Shown: in pieces, positions 37,696 to 49,139 of the stretch
How positions within the stretch are numbered: position 1 is the stretch's first letter
How the letters are laid out: every line of letters begins with the position of its first letter
Program-made: the position numbers and the translations under genes
Notes under the pieces: model-generated
What the model saw: only the letters and a program-made list of their open reading frames with translations
Told to the model about the DNA's origin: nothing
Database searches by the model: none
Assembly (NCBI GenBank): GCA_963666735.1
Contig: OY762926.1
Location: forward strand, 1,536,001 to 1,600,000
Direction: 5' to 3'
Length of the DNA: 64,000 nucleotides
Source: Gemmatimonadota bacterium
GTDB lineage: Bacteria > Gemmatimonadota > Gemmatimonadetes > Palauibacterales > Palauibacteraceae

Positions 37696-38820
37696 ATGTA
37701 CACGACCTGCATCTTCTGCCACGGGAACCTCGGCAGGAACGAGGCCATCGAGGAGTTCCCCGTCGGCCGCCGGCTCGCCTTCGACGAGGCGAAGGGACGG
37801 CTCTGGGTCGTGTGCCGGCGCTGCGAGCGCTGGAACCTCTCCCCGCTGGAGACGCGGTGGGAGGCGATCGAAGCCTGCGAGCGCGCCTTCGAGACCACCC
37901 GCATGAAGGTCGCCTCGGACAACATCGGACTCGCGAAGCTCAAGGAAGGCCTCGAACTCGTCCGCGTGGGCGATCCCGTCCGGCAGGAGTTCGCGGCGTG
38001 GCGCTACGGCGACCAGTTCGGCCGCCGCCGCAAGCGGGCCATGCTCGTCACGGGCGCCGTGGGGGCGGCGGCGGGCGGGGTCGTCGTAGGCGGCACGATC
38101 GCCGGGTTCGCCATGGGCGGCATCTTCGCGCCGCTCTTCCAGGGGGCTCAGGCCTGGTATCGGGACCGCGTCCTGCTTCGTCTCAGGGACGAGCACGGCG
38201 ACCCCATCCGGATCCAGCGAAAGCACCTCTACACCTCCCGTCTCGTGCCGAGCGCGGACGCCTCGGGCTGGGACCTTCGCGTCGATCACATCCCGGGGTG
38301 GGATAAGCGGGACAGGACGAACAAGCGCAAGAACCACCGACATACGATGATCGTTCACGGGAGCGAGGCGATCGGGCTCGCGGGCCAGCTCATGGCCCAG
38401 GCCAACCGGCGCGGCGGCGCACGGAAGGCGGTTCGTGACGCGGTCCGGAAGATCGAGGAGGCCGGGCACCCGGACGCGTTTCTCCCCGTGGCGGCGCGCC
38501 ACGCCATGAGCGACTTCTCCGGTTCGGGGAAAGCAGATCTCCCGGCGAAGAAGATCGAGGGATTGATGAAGCCCCTGCCGGGCACCCTGGCGGGACTCAA
38601 GGTGGACATGCGGCTGGCGATCGAGATGGCGACGCACGAGCAGGCCGAACGCGAGGCACTCGAAGGGGAACTGAAGGAGCTCGAGGCGCGCTGGCGCGAG
38701 GCGGAGGAGATCGCCCACATCGCCGACAACCTGTTCGTCCCCGAGAGCGTGGACAGCTTCATCGCCGGCGAACGTTCGCAGATCGACGACGACCCGGCGC
38801 AGGGAGCCCCGACCGGCTGA
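37696..38820 (+). CDS. Hypothetical Zn-ribbon protein with one hydrophobic segment, paralogue 2
   Basis: Near-identical N- and C-termini to paralogue 1; starts immediately after its stop. Confidence 0.82.
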   Translation: MYTTCIFCHGNLGRNEAIEEFPVGRRLAFDEAKGRLWVVCRRCERWNLSPLETRWEAIEACERAFETTRMKVASDNIGLAKLKEGLELVRVGDPVRQEFAAWRYGDQFGRRRKRAMLVTGAVGAAAGGVVVGGTIAGFAMGGIFAPLFQGAQAWYRDRVLLRLRDEHGDPIRIQRKHLYTSRLVPSADASGWDLRVDHIPGWDKRDRTNKRKNHRHTMIVHGSEAIGLAGQLMAQANRRGGARKAVRDAVRKIEEAGHPDAFLPVAARHAMSDFSGSGKADLPAKKIEGLMKPLPGTLAGLKVDMRLAIEMATHEQAEREALEGELKELEARWREAEEIAHIADNLFVPESVDSFIAGERSQIDDDPAQGAPTG

Positions 38821-38859
38821 GAGCCTGTCCGGGGCCGCCCCGGTTCCCTATCGTGCCGA

Positions 38860-39255
38860 ATGAGCGAGAAGAGACTCATCGTCGTCGGCGACCGCGTGCT
38901 CATCGAGCCGCTGGAGGGCGAGGACCGCACGAACGTCGGCCTCTACCTCCCGCCCACCGCGATCGACAAGCAGGCCGTGCAGGCGGGGACGGTCGTGGCC
39001 GTCGGCCCCGGCACGCCGGTCGGGCCGCCCGCCGAACTCGACGACGAACCGTGGAAGATCGGCGCCACCGAAGCCCGTTATCTTCCCATGCAGGCGCGGC
39101 CGGGAGACTACGCCCTTTTCTTCCGGAAGGCCGCGGTGGAGATCACCTTCGAGGGCACCCGGTACCTCGTCGCACCGCAGGGCGCGATCCTCACCCTCGT
39201 CCGCGAGGAGGAGGGCGAGAAGGCCGCCGAAGGCTTCGATCCCTCGTTCCTCTGA
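38860..39255 (+). CDS. GroES/Cpn10 family co-chaperone (no adjacent groEL)
   Basis: VGDRVLIEP...GLYLP...GTVVAVGPG. Confidence 0.8.
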   Translation: MSEKRLIVVGDRVLIEPLEGEDRTNVGLYLPPTAIDKQAVQAGTVVAVGPGTPVGPPAELDDEPWKIGATEARYLPMQARPGDYALFFRKAAVEITFEGTRYLVAPQGAILTLVREEEGEKAAEGFDPSFL

Positions 39256-39282
39256 AGACAGCCGCTGGCCGCGAGCTGGCCG

Positions 39283-39414
39283 TACGGCGGACGTTACCCT
39301 CATCTCATAGGGATCGTTGCACGACATCGCTACCTGCACCGATTTTACGTCACCGACGCCTTGAAGCTGCTGGACCTGCTGGATACTTTGAGGGGCGAGG
39401 AGGAACAATGTTGA
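39283..39414 (+). pseudogene. Probable C-terminal remnant of a HicA-like toxin
   Basis: YPHLIGIVARHRYLHRFYVTDALKLLDLL, stop overlapping the hicB start; no ATG/GTG/TTG start or N-terminal half. Confidence 0.45.
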
Positions 39415-39734
39415 AGACACTAAATTATTACATGACTCTGCCTTACACGATCGACGTCGTGTACGAGGAATCGGGTAAGGCTCCTCCCTACGTGGCTAGG
39501 ATTCTGGAATTGCCTGGTTGCATGGCTCAAGGTCGGAGCCATAACGAAGCGGTTCGAGAACTGCGCGAGGCTCAGGCCCTTTTCGTCGAAGCAATGCTCG
39601 AAAGCCGCGTTCCTATCCCGGAGCCCGCATACACTTCGGAGTCCACGGTGACGAAGGTCACTTGCGCTTTTTCGATCCCCGAGAGCCCTCTCAGTACGTC
39701 GCCCCCGGTAACATCTCGACTCGTTCCCGCCTGA
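39408..39734 (+). CDS. hicB: HicB family antitoxin
   Basis: YYMTLPYTI...[15 protein letters not shown]...[23 protein letters not shown]. Confidence 0.85.
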   Translation: MLKTLNYYMTLPYTIDVVYEESGKAPPYVARILELPGCMAQGRSHNEAVRELREAQALFVEAMLESRVPIPEPAYTSESTVTKVTCAFSIPESPLSTSPPVTSRLVPA

Positions 39735-39804
39735 TCCCGCCCTCCCGGCGGCCCTGGAGCCGCGCCAACCCCAGCGCCCCGGCCCACCTCGACGCCAGCT
39801 TGGG

Positions 39805-40344
39805 CTAGCGGTTGACGGGGCCGATCCGGTTGGGGCGCAGGGAATGGCAGTTCACCTCCCAGGACGTCGCCCGGGCCTGAACCGGGGCATCACCGGTCGA
39901 GGAGACGGCGGCCGTCTGCCCCCGGAGCCGCGCCACCGCCCGTCCGACCATGTCCCCGCGGCTGCTGCGCAGCGCCACGGCCCCCCGCACCTCGGGACTC
40001 GACCACACGACCCAGAGCGTGTCGGCCCGCGTGAACCAGCGCGTCTCCATGCGGGAGAGATCTCCGTCGCCCTCGAGCGGGACGGCCTGATAGGCGGTCA
40101 TCTCCCGCCCGTATGCATCCACCGAGTCGGCGAACAGCATGAGCGACCGCACGACGGGCGGGTCGGTCTCCGGAGCCTCCCCGCCGTTATCCGCGAGCCA
40201 CGTGTCGAACCGGAGATGCCGGCAGCCGAGGAAATCCCACAGGCGAAGGTCCGCAGGTTCGGGCGGGGGCGGGGCCTCGACCTCCCGGAATCGGAACCAG
40301 ATCGAGACCCAGACGAAGACGACCGACACTCCGGCCACCGCCAT
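39805..40344 (-). CDS. Hypothetical membrane-anchored protein
   Basis: N-terminal TM, Pro-rich linker, two Cys; start uncertain. Confidence 0.6.
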   Translation of the reverse strand: MAVAGVSVVFVWVSIWFRFREVEAPPPPEPADLRLWDFLGCRHLRFDTWLADNGGEAPETDPPVVRSLMLFADSVDAYGREMTAYQAVPLEGDGDLSRMETRWFTRADTLWVVWSSPEVRGAVALRSSRGDMVGRAVARLRGQTAAVSSTGDAPVQARATSWEVNCHSLRPNRIGPVNR

Positions 40345-40561
40345 CCAACGTTTCGTTCTCGCCAGCGGACTCTCCGTTGCCGGGCTCCATGCACCGCGCG
40401 ACCCAGCCCGACGACGCCGGGCCGCACCACGTCGCCGGCCAACCTAGCCCGGCCCTCGCCGCCACGCACAGCTTTTGATCCGGAGCCGGCGTCGGTAGAA
40501 TGTCCCCGCGATTCCCCGCCGTTTCCCCCCAACCACGCGTACCGCGGAAGTCGAGGCCTGC

Positions 40562-42427
40562 TTGGCGCCCCCGCCCCGGAAGATCAGGAACATTGCGATC
40601 ATCGCCCACGTCGATCACGGGAAGACGACGCTCGTCGACCATATGCTGCGGCAGGCGGGCGCCTTCCAGTCGCACGAGCGGGTCGAGGAACGCGTCATGG
40701 ATTCGAACCCGCTGGAGCGCGAGCGCGGCATTACGATCCTGTCGAAGAACACCGCCGTGCGCTGGGGCGAGACGAGGATCAACATCGTCGACACGCCGGG
40801 CCACGCGGACTTCGGCGGCGAGGTCGAGCGCATCCTGCGGATGGTGGACGGCGTGCTCCTTCTCGTGGACGCGGCGGAGGGGCCGATGCCGCAGACGCGC
40901 TTCGTCACGCGGAAGGCCCTCGCGCTCGGCCTCGCGCCCATCGTCGCGATCAACAAGGTGGACCGGCCGGAGCAGCGCGCGGCGGAGGTACACGACGAGG
41001 TGCTGGAACTGTTCCTGGAACTGGACGCGACCGAAGCCCAACTCGACGCGCCCTTCCTGTACGCGAGCGGCCGGGACGGCTGGGCGTCGCCGGACATCGA
41101 GGCGCGGGACGGCGACCTGGAGCCGCTGTTCGAGACGATCGTGGCGGCGGTCCCCTCCCCCGCCGGCGACCCCGAGGGACCCTTCCAGATGCTCGCCTCG
41201 ACGCTGGACCACTCCAGCTACCTGGGACGCATCGCGATCGGCCGCATCGAGCGGGGCGCCGTGGCCGAGGCGGATCGCGTGGTGCTGCTGCCGCTCGGGG
41301 AGCCCGGACCCGTGCCCGCCGACGAGGCGCTCCCGGCCCGCGTGCTCAAGATCTACGGCTTTGACGGGCTGAAGCGTGTCGAGGCGCCCCGCGCGAGCGC
41401 CGGCGACATCGTGGCGCTGGCGGGACTCGAAGGAGTGGAGATCGGCCAGACGATCGCCGACCCCGGCCACAGGGAACGTCTGCGCGGGATCGCGGTCGAA
41501 CGGCCCACGCTCTCGGTGGATTTCCGGGTCAACGACGCCCCCTTCGCCGGGCGGGCGGGCAAGTACGTCACGACCCGGCAACTGCGCCAGCGCCTCCTCC
41601 GCGAACTGGAGCGGAATGTCGCCCTCCGCGTCGAGCCCACGGACTCCCCCGACACCTTCTCCGTCTCGGGCCGCGGTGAACTCCACCTCACGATCCTCAT
41701 GGAGACGATGCGCCGGGAGGGGTACGAGTTCTCCATCTCGCGACCGCGCGTCATCCTGCGCGAGGGCCCCGACGGGGAGATCCTGGAGCCGTACGAGGAG
41801 GCCGTGATCGAAGTCCCGTCCGGGATGGTCGGCGTGGTGATGGAGAAGATGGGGAGCCGGCGGGCCGAACTCCTCTCGATGCGGCCGACGGACCAGGGTC
41901 CGGTGCGGCTCGACTTCAGACTCCCGTCACGCGGGCTGTTCGGATACCGCTCCGAGTTCCTCACGGACACGCGCGGCGAGGGACAGTTGCACCACCGCTT
42001 CCTCGAGTACGGCCCCCGCGCGGGCCACCTCGAGCACCGGCGGAAGGGGGTGCTCGTCGCCGACCGCCCGGGGACGTCGGTCGCCTTCGCCCTCTTCAAC
42101 CTGCAGGAGCGGGCCGAGATGCTGATCGGCCCCGGCGTCGAGGTCTACAGCGGCATGATCGTGGGCGAGCACGTCCGCCCCGGCGATCTCGAGGTCAACG
42201 TGTCGAAGGGCAAGAAGCTCACGAACATGCGGGCCGCGGCCGCGGACGAGAACGTCCGGCTCGAGCCGCCACGCGAACTGACGCTGGAACTGGCCCTCGA
42301 GTTCATCAACGACGACGAGTTGATCGAGGTCACGCCCGACGCGATCCGGCTCCGCAAGCGCAAGCTCGACCCGGTCGAGCGCAAGAAGGCCATGCGCCGC
42401 GCCGCCGCGGAGGCCCGCGAGGGCTGA
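40562..42427 (+). CDS. typA: Translational GTPase TypA/BipA
   Basis: [45 protein letters not shown]. Confidence 0.96.
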   Translation: MAPPPRKIRNIAIIAHVDHGKTTLVDHMLRQAGAFQSHERVEERVMDSNPLERERGITILSKNTAVRWGETRINIVDTPGHADFGGEVERILRMVDGVLLLVDAAEGPMPQTRFVTRKALALGLAPIVAINKVDRPEQRAAEVHDEVLELFLELDATEAQLDAPFLYASGRDGWASPDIEARDGDLEPLFETIVAAVPSPAGDPEGPFQMLASTLDHSSYLGRIAIGRIERGAVAEADRVVLLPLGEPGPVPADEALPARVLKIYGFDGLKRVEAPRASAGDIVALAGLEGVEIGQTIADPGHRERLRGIAVERPTLSVDFRVNDAPFAGRAGKYVTTRQLRQRLLRELERNVALRVEPTDSPDTFSVSGRGELHLTILMETMRREGYEFSISRPRVILREGPDGEILEPYEEAVIEVPSGMVGVVMEKMGSRRAELLSMRPTDQGPVRLDFRLPSRGLFGYRSEFLTDTRGEGQLHHRFLEYGPRAGHLEHRRKGVLVADRPGTSVAFALFNLQERAEMLIGPGVEVYSGMIVGEHVRPGDLEVNVSKGKKLTNMRAAAADENVRLEPPRELTLELALEFINDDELIEVTPDAIRLRKRKLDPVERKKAMRRAAAEAREG

Positions 42428-42529
42428 CGCCACGGCGCGAGGAGGGAAACGTAAGCGTTTTGACAATCGATATTTCGATCTTCAATTGGCATAAGGCTCC
42501 ACAGGGGACTTCGGACTGCCCGCGATTGG

Positions 42530-43147
42530 TTAGCCGGCTTCGAGTGCTCCGCCGACCATTCGTCCACTGCCCAAGTCCAGGCGGTCGAGAAACTCGAAAT
42601 AGTTTGCCATGAACTCGCGGAGGTCTTCCGGCTCAACAGCGACAAAACGGAAGACCGGGTATTTCTTTTCGGAGAGGAACATGACGTCGTTGATCTCCCG
42701 ATCCTTGGTCCTCGTCACGATGTTGCCGTGTGCCAAGGCGTTGCGCATGATCGCCCCGACTACGGTCCCCGCCTTGACGTTGGGTTGTATGGGCTTGGCG
42801 CTGGCAAATGCCGGCACAAAGTCCGGTTCTTGTGCTCTAACATCTCGGACCTTGCCCTTCCGCCAAGTCGATGGCTCGGCGCCCCAGAGTTGAGACGAAA
42901 GGAAGGGTTCCTCAAGGAGTCTGTTGTACTCGGAGGCCGCCCTCTTGTAGCGGCGACGATCATCCGATGGATGCGGGGTTCGACTTCCCTTTCTGAGTCG
43001 GTCGTAGGGAACGGTCAGACCGACCGTCGTGATCGAGAGCAGGTGGGTCACCTCCAAACCCATATCTTGCGTCGTGGAACCAAGCTCCCCGAGCAGCCTC
43101 GAACAGCGCTGAGGAAAGTCGCTCACGTAATCCTGGTACATAACCAT
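42530..43147 (-). CDS. HEPN-motif protein (putative RNase, pEK499_p136-like)
   Basis: RNALAH (Rx4H) motif; N-terminal EVTHLLS...GLTVP helix; lower GC. Confidence 0.6.
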   Translation of the reverse strand: MVMYQDYVSDFPQRCSRLLGELGSTTQDMGLEVTHLLSITTVGLTVPYDRLRKGSRTPHPSDDRRRYKRAASEYNRLLEEPFLSSQLWGAEPSTWRKGKVRDVRAQEPDFVPAFASAKPIQPNVKAGTVVGAIMRNALAHGNIVTRTKDREINDVMFLSEKKYPVFRFVAVEPEDLREFMANYFEFLDRLDLGSGRMVGGALEAG

Positions 43148-43248
43148 TCCGATGTCCCATTTTTGAGGGTCTTCAGAGCACTACCGGACCGCAGAACCTC
43201 CGACAATCGTTGTCCGTGCGCACCAGATGATAAGAGTTGCGAGGGACG

Positions 43249-46200
43249 TTACGGAGCGAGGAGGGTCTCCATGTAGCGGTGGCCGGAGTCCGGGAAGAGG
43301 ATGTTCTTCCGGGCAAAGTCGTCGGGGCTCCAGGAGCCGTCGTCGTAGCGGGGGCGGAGGTCGGCGTGGGAGGTGGCGGACACGATATATGAGTCCAGAG
43401 ATACCGTGCCGGCGGGGACGCCGCTCCGTTTCGCGATTGCGTCCGCGAGATCCGCGAGCCGCTCGTGTAGGCGGGCCTTCTCATCCTCCGCGTAGGCGCG
43501 GGCGTGGAGCATGCCGTGCGGCTCGACGAACACGACGCGCTGGTGCCCCCCGTCCATCAGCCACAGGATGAAGTCCGGATAGAAGCCGCGGCCCTCCAGC
43601 GAGAAGCCCACGCCGCGTCCGCGAGCCTGGTTTCGGAGCAGGAAGAGTTCCGCTTTGGGGTGGAGAGTGCTCCCCGAGTCCCGCCACCATTCGCGCAGGT
43701 CGCGCACGAATCGCTTCTCGCTCTCGTTGAGGGGCGGCGGGGAGATCGTCACGTCGGCGTTCGAGGACTCGATGAGCAGTGGCTGGTACAGGTGACGGTC
43801 GAAGTGGATGCGGGCCAGCGGGCCGAGTTCCTGCTCGTAGAGCTTACCCCGCTGTTCGATGAGTTCCACGATCTCGTCGCGCAGAGCGCGGTCGGCGTGC
43901 GGGATCGTCACGACGTAGTGGGGCTCTGGCCCGGCGGGCCAGGCGCTGGCCGCCTCCAAGTCCACGTTCAGCTGAAGGTTGGGATCGGCGGCGTCCACCT
44001 CGCGGTACCTCATGCGCTCGGCCTCCCACGTCCGCTGCTCGGTCTGCCAGCACCGGTCGGCGGTTCGCCGGAGCACCGCGTGCACGATCGCTTGCAGATC
44101 CTCGCGGTCGTGCCAGCTCCGGGGCTCGAAGACGTGCTCGTCGGCCGATACCGTCGCGGCCCCGTCCTCGACGTGCGACCGCAGGCCGGCAGGGCCGGGG
44201 ATGGCCAGGGGCCGCATGCTCTTCTGCCGTCGGTGTTCCATGAGGTCGAGGTACGCCCGCTCCCAGTCCACCAGCCCCAGCGGTAGTTCGGCGGCGGGTC
44301 GCGTGTGCCCGGCTGCGCCCTCCATCGCCTCACTGCTGCGGGCCCCGCTCTCCCAGGAGGAGGCCCGGGTGGCGCGGTCGATCTTCACCGGAAGCCCCAT
44401 TCCAGCATCGAGCGCGAAGTTCGCCTCGGTCTCGAAGTCGCTGCCCACCGGGAGGACCGGAACCACGAGTCCTCGGCCCAAGAACTCCTCGTTGGCCCTA
44501 ACCGGTACGCGCAGCGTCACGCTGTCCCGCGCCTCAAGTCCCTCCCGTTCGAGGTAGGTGCGGAACTTCTTCATATAGTCGGCGCGCACGGCGAAGATGT
44601 TGAGCGTTTCCAAGAGCCCCACCTTGTCCGGGTGCGGTCCCTTCAGATAGGCGCTCCGCTTGAGGGACATCCCCCTGCCCTTGAGCCGCACGCCGCGGCC
44701 GAAGAGCTGGATGATCTCGGAACCCTCGGCCCGTCCCACGTTCATGAGGCCCATGTTCGACACGCGCCACGAGTTCCAGCCCTCCACGAACTTCTTGGCG
44801 CCGATGAGGACGTTGACCGTGGCCCCGGCCTCGTTCACCCGGCCGAACATCGAGCCGCCAACGGCGTCTTTTTCGAAGATGATCCCGGCATCGGCCGCCC
44901 GCGCCAACTTCTTGAACTTCGACGTGTCGCCGATGTAGGTGAGGCCGAAGTACTCATCCGACCCGAATGCCTTCAGGCCGATCTCGCCGGGAGCGCCGCG
45001 AATATCGCACAGGCGCAGCCCGCCGGGGCCCTCGGCGCGGAACACGGTGCGCAGGATGTCGGCGTAGATCTGGTCCGGGGACTCCCCGAGCTTCGCCAAC
45101 TCGTTGAAGCGGTCCGCGAACAGATCCACGTTCCACGCCGCATACAGCCCCGACTCGCCCCGTAGCAGCTTCGCGATCGTCTCCCGTGCCCAGTTGGGCT
45201 CGTTGAGCACACGGTGGAGGAAGAGTTGCACGGCAAGCACGTCGCTCGTGTCCCGCCCGCGCCGCCTGTAGACCGCGTTCACGCTCCCGCCCACAAACAC
45301 CCACAGCGGCTTCTCCAGATTGTAGACGCGCAGCGCGGAGGCGTTCTCACGGTGGGCGCGGAGCTGCTCGTAGAAAGAGAGGAGGTTGCCGAACAGAAGC
45401 TGGTCGGCGAGTTCCGGCGGCGGGTCCTTGCCCGACACGTTGAGGACGCGGAAGTCCTTGCCGAACCCGTCGCGGTGGAAGTAGGGGTACGAATAGTCGA
45501 ACAGGATCGACTTGCCGTAGTCGAGCGTGAGCTGGTTGTCGCGCGCAGCCGCCAGCGCCTGCCCGAAGGTCGCGCTGTACTCGAAGGTGAAGCCCCGGGC
45601 GGCCACGGCATCGCGCACCGCCCGCCACGCCTCCCCGCTCGCGCCCCGGTGACCCTCGTCCACGAATACGAGGTTGCGGTCGCCGAGCGCGGCCACTTCG
45701 ATGCTGACGCCCGTCCCCCTCCCGCGCCGCTTGTCGACCAGCTTCGTGATCTCGGTCACCCTCACGGTGCGGCGCCCGCCCGCCAGGAGTCCCGCCTCGC
45801 CGAAGCGCGCCGACGGGATGCCGGACGCGGCCATCTCCTCCATGTGCTGGGCGCTCAGTCCCTCGTTGGGCGTGATGAGGATGATGTTGTCCAGCCCCTC
45901 CGCCCCGCCGTAGTGGAGGAACTGGAGGTAGTTGAGGTGCATGATGAGCGTCTTGCCGCTGCCCGTCGCCATCCAGAAAGCGAGCTTGTTCAGGTCGTCC
46001 GGCGTGATCTCCCGGAGCGGGTACGAAGTGCCCAAGCCGTGGACCTTCTCCCGAACGTAGCGGTGGATCTCCCTCGCGAGGGCTTCCGGGGCGGTGGCCC
46101 GCCGGTCAAGGAAGAGTTCCGCGTACAGCGCCGCGAGTTGCTGGAAGTACCGTAAGGTGATCGGCTCGCGCCGTCCCCTGTTTATGGAGTCGAGGTGGCG

Positions 46201-46434
46201 TCGCACGTTGTCGTCGTACCGAGCCAGGTCGCCGGGCTCGACCAACAGGCTTTCTCGGCTCGCGAGCGTGCGGGCCACATGGCTGCGACCGTCCTCGTAC
46301 CCCTCGCGCGCATCCTTCAAGGCGTCGAAGAGCGCCTGGTTGGTCTCGAACCCGAACTGCCGGTTCGCCCAGCCCAGGAGCAGGAGTTCCGCCTCGAGTC
46401 GGCGGAGAATGGTGCTGGGGCGGCTAGGGGTCAT
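43249..46434 (-). CDS. res: Type III restriction enzyme Res subunit (SF2 helicase + C-terminal nuclease)
   Basis: FWMATGSGKT, FVDEGH, EYSATF, EGWNSWR, QLFGRGVR, FYPDF...VEPHG; ATG overlaps the mod stop. Confidence 0.9.
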   Translation of the reverse strand: MTPSRPSTILRRLEAELLLLGWANRQFGFETNQALFDALKDAREGYEDGRSHVARTLASRESLLVEPGDLARYDDNVRRHLDSINRGRREPITLRYFQQLAALYAELFLDRRATAPEALAREIHRYVREKVHGLGTSYPLREITPDDLNKLAFWMATGSGKTLIMHLNYLQFLHYGGAEGLDNIILITPNEGLSAQHMEEMAASGIPSARFGEAGLLAGGRRTVRVTEITKLVDKRRGRGTGVSIEVAALGDRNLVFVDEGHRGASGEAWRAVRDAVAARGFTFEYSATFGQALAAARDNQLTLDYGKSILFDYSYPYFHRDGFGKDFRVLNVSGKDPPPELADQLLFGNLLSFYEQLRAHRENASALRVYNLEKPLWVFVGGSVNAVYRRRGRDTSDVLAVQLFLHRVLNEPNWARETIAKLLRGESGLYAAWNVDLFADRFNELAKLGESPDQIYADILRTVFRAEGPGGLRLCDIRGAPGEIGLKAFGSDEYFGLTYIGDTSKFKKLARAADAGIIFEKDAVGGSMFGRVNEAGATVNVLIGAKKFVEGWNSWRVSNMGLMNVGRAEGSEIIQLFGRGVRLKGRGMSLKRSAYLKGPHPDKVGLLETLNIFAVRADYMKKFRTYLEREGLEARDSVTLRVPVRANEEFLGRGLVVPVLPVGSDFETEANFALDAGMGLPVKIDRATRASSWESGARSSEAMEGAAGHTRPAAELPLGLVDWERAYLDLMEHRRQKSMRPLAIPGPAGLRSHVEDGAATVSADEHVFEPRSWHDREDLQAIVHAVLRRTADRCWQTEQRTWEAERMRYREVDAADPNLQLNVDLEAASAWPAGPEPHYVVTIPHADRALRDEIVELIEQRGKLYEQELGPLARIHFDRHLYQPLLIESSNADVTISPPPLNESEKRFVRDLREWWRDSGSTLHPKAELFLLRNQARGRGVGFSLEGRGFYPDFILWLMDGGHQRVVFVEPHGMLHARAYAEDEKARLHERLADLADAIAKRSGVPAGTVSLDSYIVSATSHADLRPRYDDGSWSPDDFARKNILFPDSGHRYMETLLAP

Positions 46435-49139
46435 CAGCCGCCTGTGCCGCCCGCTGGCGCGAACATGCGCTGCTTGAAGAGGTTGTCCAGCGGACGCGCG
46501 TCCTCCACCATCGAGTCCCCGTTCATCCAGATCTCGTCCGCCCCCGCCGTCAGGTCGTGCTTCGCCACGAAGTCCCGATCCCGCTCCCGGTCCTCCGCCG
46601 TCCACCCCTCGGTGGTCCGCCAGATGACGACCGCTGATCGCCCATCCCGCGTGTCGCCGGTGTAGACGAGATAGCGGCGGCCATCGTCGTCGTACGTCCG
46701 CCGCGTGCGGACGGCGAGCCCGAGCAGGTAGTTGAAGGTCTCCGCGAGATCCACCCTCTCATCCGACCCGTCCCCGTTTCCACCTAGGCGGAGCTTGTAA
46801 TCGAACGGCCGTTCCAGTGCCGCGACGTTGAGCAGGGTGGCGCTCCCCTTGGTCTCCCAGCGGAGCATGTAGCGCAGCAGGTAGTCCTCCAGCTCGAACA
46901 GACTCTCCTCCGCCTCCTCGAACTCGATGTTGTTCAGCGCGTCTTCGTAGCTCTCCAAGCGGAAGTACTTGATGATGCGCGGGCCACGCTCGGACTCCTC
47001 CGCCGTGGCCTCCCGCTTCGCCACCCCGTTCTTCCACTCCGGGGAGAACGCCACCTTCTTCAGCCGTGGCATCACGACGGTGTCGAAGTGCTCACCCATC
47101 TCCACGAGGATGAACTTGCGGCGGCCTCCGTCCTCACGATTGAGGTTGATGACGGCGTGCCCGGTGGTGCCCGATCCCGCGAAGTAGTCGAGGGTGGTGG
47201 ACGAACCGTCCATGCCGCAAACCCGCAGGCAGTCCTCGACTAGCCCCACCGCCTTGGGATAGTCGAAGGGTTTGGCTCCGAACAGATCCTTGGAGGTCCG
47301 GGGACCGCGATTTGACGAAGCGTAGCGCGGTTCACCCCACCAAGTCTTGGGAATCGCCTTCGTGTCCATCCGGATCATGAAATCTACGCTTATGGTCCCA
47401 TTCTTCCGCCGAACACGGTATTGTTCCGGGTTGCTGGTGATCTTCTCCGGACCGTGGTGCCAGTTCTTCTCTATGATCTCCTCTCCCTCGCCTCTGACAG
47501 GCAGGATCTCGACTTCGTCCTCTTCGGGAGCTTCGAGCACGTCGTATCGGCGCTCGGCCGCGATGTACCGAAGCTTCGGCACGCGGATCCGATCGTCCTT
47601 TGCGACATAGATCGGGAAGAACAGCTTGGGCCGGTCCTCACGACGGTCGTTGGAGCCGTGCCGTATCAAGTTGTTCCAATCGTAGCGACCGATTTCGTCC
47701 TCGAATCGGTAACGCGCGAGCTCCCGCTCCGTCTTCAGTAGCGATCCCGGCGCCGCCTGTTCGTTTCCGAAGAACAGCGCGAATTCGTGGCTCGGCGAAA
47801 GCTGCCCTCGCGACTTGCGGCCAGCCGGATTGGAGCGCACGACAACGGTGCCGAGCTCCTTCGGCAGGAGATCCTGCATGAGCATCCGCAGCCGGGAGAC
47901 CTCTTCGTCGTCGATCGCGCAACTCAGGATGCCTGTTGGTCCAAGCAGTTCCCGGGAGAGCGACAGTCGGTCCGAGATCAGCGACAGCCAGGAGGAGTCC
48001 TTGTAGTTGTTCTTATACAGAATCGCCGAGGCGGCCGTATTGTACGGTGGATCGATGTAGATGCTGGAAAGCCCTGCCCGGTATCGTTCCTCCAGCAGAT
48101 TCAAAGCCTGCCAACTCTCGCTCTTTACGAGTAGGCCGTCCGTCTTGTCGTCGACATCGTCGAGCGCGGCGAGCAACTCGTCAACGACCTCCGGATCGAA
48201 GTGTCGGGTATCGACGAGGATGCCCGGATTGCGCGACAGGAAGTCGCGCCTGGTAGCTGCAGAATCGTCAACACGGTCGAACAGAGATTCGTCGTTCGGG
48301 AGGCATCCCAAGGCCCGCCATTCGTTCCACTGTTCATCGCACTCCAGCACGTACGGGTGAAGCTCCTCCGGCAGCAGCCTTGCGGCCACGCAGTACTGAA
48401 CGTCAACGACGAACTTCCGTTTCTCCCAGAGCATCTTCTGGAAGCCCTCGATCTGCGCGAGGAATTCGATCACGTTCCGGCCGACCTCGCGGATCACGCG
48501 CATTTTGTCGAGCCAAGCGTCGGCTCCCCGCTCCCCGCCTGCCTCGATTGCGTCGAGACTCAGAACCTCCGACTTGAGATAGAAATCCAACTCGCGTGCG
48601 AGGAACCCCATCAGATCGCGATGCACGAAATAGTCCGAAGTGATCCGGCGGGCAAAGCGACGGGCGTGGTGCGTGAACAGCGTCGGTGCATCGTCGGCCC
48701 CCGCTCCTCCCCAACGGTCCAGCAGTGCCTGCGCTGCTTCCGGGTTTCCGGTCAGCGATTCGAGGATCGCCGCCTCGGCACGCTCCAGGATGGCGTCTTG
48801 CTGCCCGTTCCTGCCCATCTCCCTTGCCTCCGCGGGAGTGAGCGGACGGTGATCGAAAGGCAGATCGAGCGTGCGGCTCGCGTCATGCCATTCGGCGGCG
48901 TCCAGGCGGGGGAAGAAGAAGCGCCTCTTGCCTTTGACGTCGTTCTGGTCGATGTCCGCCGTGCGCAGGAAGAGACGGATCGAGACTCCAGACGGCGTCC
49001 GGTAGGTGTAATCCTTGAAGTGCTCCGCCGACTTCACGTAGTACTGGTCGCGGTTCGCCCAGTGGAAGTGGATCTCCTCGCCGTTGTAGGGGACGACGTA
49101 GGGGCGGAACCTGCCAACGAATGTGAGACACTTTCCGAT

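Noticed and set aside
36598..38820. Diversity-generating retroelement TR/VR pair
   Set aside because: No reverse transcriptase in the window, both copies are full ORFs, and differences are not adenine-specific
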